Shown piece after piece: positions 63,242 through 64,000 of a DNA stretch of 64,000 nucleotides; positions within the stretch are counted from its first letter, which is position 1, and each line of letters opens with the position of its first letter. The position numbers and the translations under genes are program-made. The notes below the pieces were generated by a model that ran no database searches, was not told where the DNA came from, and saw nothing but the letters and a program-made list of their open reading frames with translations. Source of the DNA: an uncultured delta proteobacterium (GTDB lineage Bacteria > Desulfobacterota > Desulfobacteria > Desulfobacterales > Desulfatirhabdiaceae); the NCBI GenBank assembly GCA_963789395.1, contig CAWBKP010000020.1, positions 128,001 to 192,000 of the forward strand. Direction: 5' to 3'.

Positions 63242-63856
63242 ATGATGAGAAAAATATTATGGACAATGGCCACCGCAATTCTTCTGCCGATATTTCTTTT
63301 CGGGTGCAACACGGATTTTGGCACGGTGGATCAGGGAAGAACGATCGAATTTGACAAGGAAAAAGGGCTTGTCACGATCATTCGGGATGTAAAGCACGAT
63401 GCCAAGAATCCGGATTACAGCCATCTGCCGCCGGTGACCTATTTAAAGCCTGCCAATCCAGCGGAAATGGGTGCGGATCCCAAGGCCGGCTATCGCATGA
63501 AACTGGACACCAAAAATAAGCAGATCGTCATCTTTGACAAGGCTGCGCAGAATTTCAAAACCATTGACTATATCCCCGTAGATGAGCAGGAAAACATTGA
63601 TCGTAAACATCCGCTGGTCTATGATAACGCGACTGAGACGGCCAAGAAATTCCCGCTGGTTGACAAAGACAAGAAACAGATCACCATTTATTCCTCGCGC
63701 CAGAAGCTTCTGGTTACGATCAGTGTGCCGGCCGAGTATTTTGCGCTGCCGGATTACACCTGGGATTCCGGGGACGAAGTCCGGATTTATTTTAAGGAGG
63801 CGGGAAAGGCTTTACGGTTCATGAATATCAGCAAGACGGATATTTTCAAGAAATAG
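63242..63856 (+). CDS. Lipoprotein, DUF4881-like
   Basis: Lipobox LFGC; FGTVDQGR, PAEMGADPKAG, GDEVRIYFKE.GKALRFMNISKTDI. Confidence 0.7.
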   Translation: MMRKILWTMATAILLPIFLFGCNTDFGTVDQGRTIEFDKEKGLVTIIRDVKHDAKNPDYSHLPPVTYLKPANPAEMGADPKAGYRMKLDTKNKQIVIFDKAAQNFKTIDYIPVDEQENIDRKHPLVYDNATETAKKFPLVDKDKKQITIYSSRQKLLVTISVPAEYFALPDYTWDSGDEVRIYFKEAGKALRFMNISKTDIFKK

Positions 63857-63922
63857 CATCATGAAAAAATACCGGACGGGGCCTGTCTCCGTCCGGAACA
63901 GTTCGTTTGAAGGAGTCCGGAA

Positions 63923-64000
63923 ATGATAAATGTGTTCAACAGCGATGCCGAAACGGATGCCCCGGTGATTGATGCATTGAACTTTAACCAGAAGATTGTC
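63923..64000 (+). CDS. Start of an unidentified CDS truncated by the window end
   Basis: AGGAG RBS, ATG and open frame to the edge (MINVFNSDAETDAPVIDALNFNQKIV). Confidence 0.5.
   Translation, partial: MINVFNSDAETDAPVIDALNFNQKIV

Overview
Bacterial chromosomal window. Gene content (DVU0150/DVU0298-like proteins, many sigma54 regulators, NfnAB, glutaconyl-CoA decarboxylase) points to a Desulfobacterota (Desulfobacterales-like) anaerobe. Layout: (1) 1-3.5 kb, gcdA 3' end, a flavin oxidoreductase and an MFS; (2) 3.6-16.7 kb, a minus-strand run of ferredoxin, HEAT protein, TolC/MFP/RND, a giant PPDK-like protein lacking the pyruvate barrel, a long GAPDH and a siroheme/4Fe-4S protein; (3) 17-38.5 kb, housekeeping core (infC with AUA start, rpmI, rplT, pheST, tRNA-Gly, rimP-nusA-infB-rbfA-truB-rpsO-pnp, dut, nfnAB); (4) 38.6-46.3 kb, SPFH/zinc-ribbon/XRE genes, cysK, thiN, HAD and an exported DUF1573 protein with an in-frame UGA at a conserved Cys position followed by a hairpin (candidate selenoprotein, missed by the ORF track); (5) 46.5-64 kb, signalling genes including a c-heme sensor kinase and a sigma54 module (PEP-synthase-like dikinase, membrane-anchored enhancer-binding protein, USP, TauE permease, lipoprotein) with two -24/-12 promoters. 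About ten single-base indels, including in essential pheT, suggest assembly error rather than pseudogenes. No CRISPR array, rRNA, IS element or prophage was seen. Family assignments are from motif recognition by eye, not database searches.
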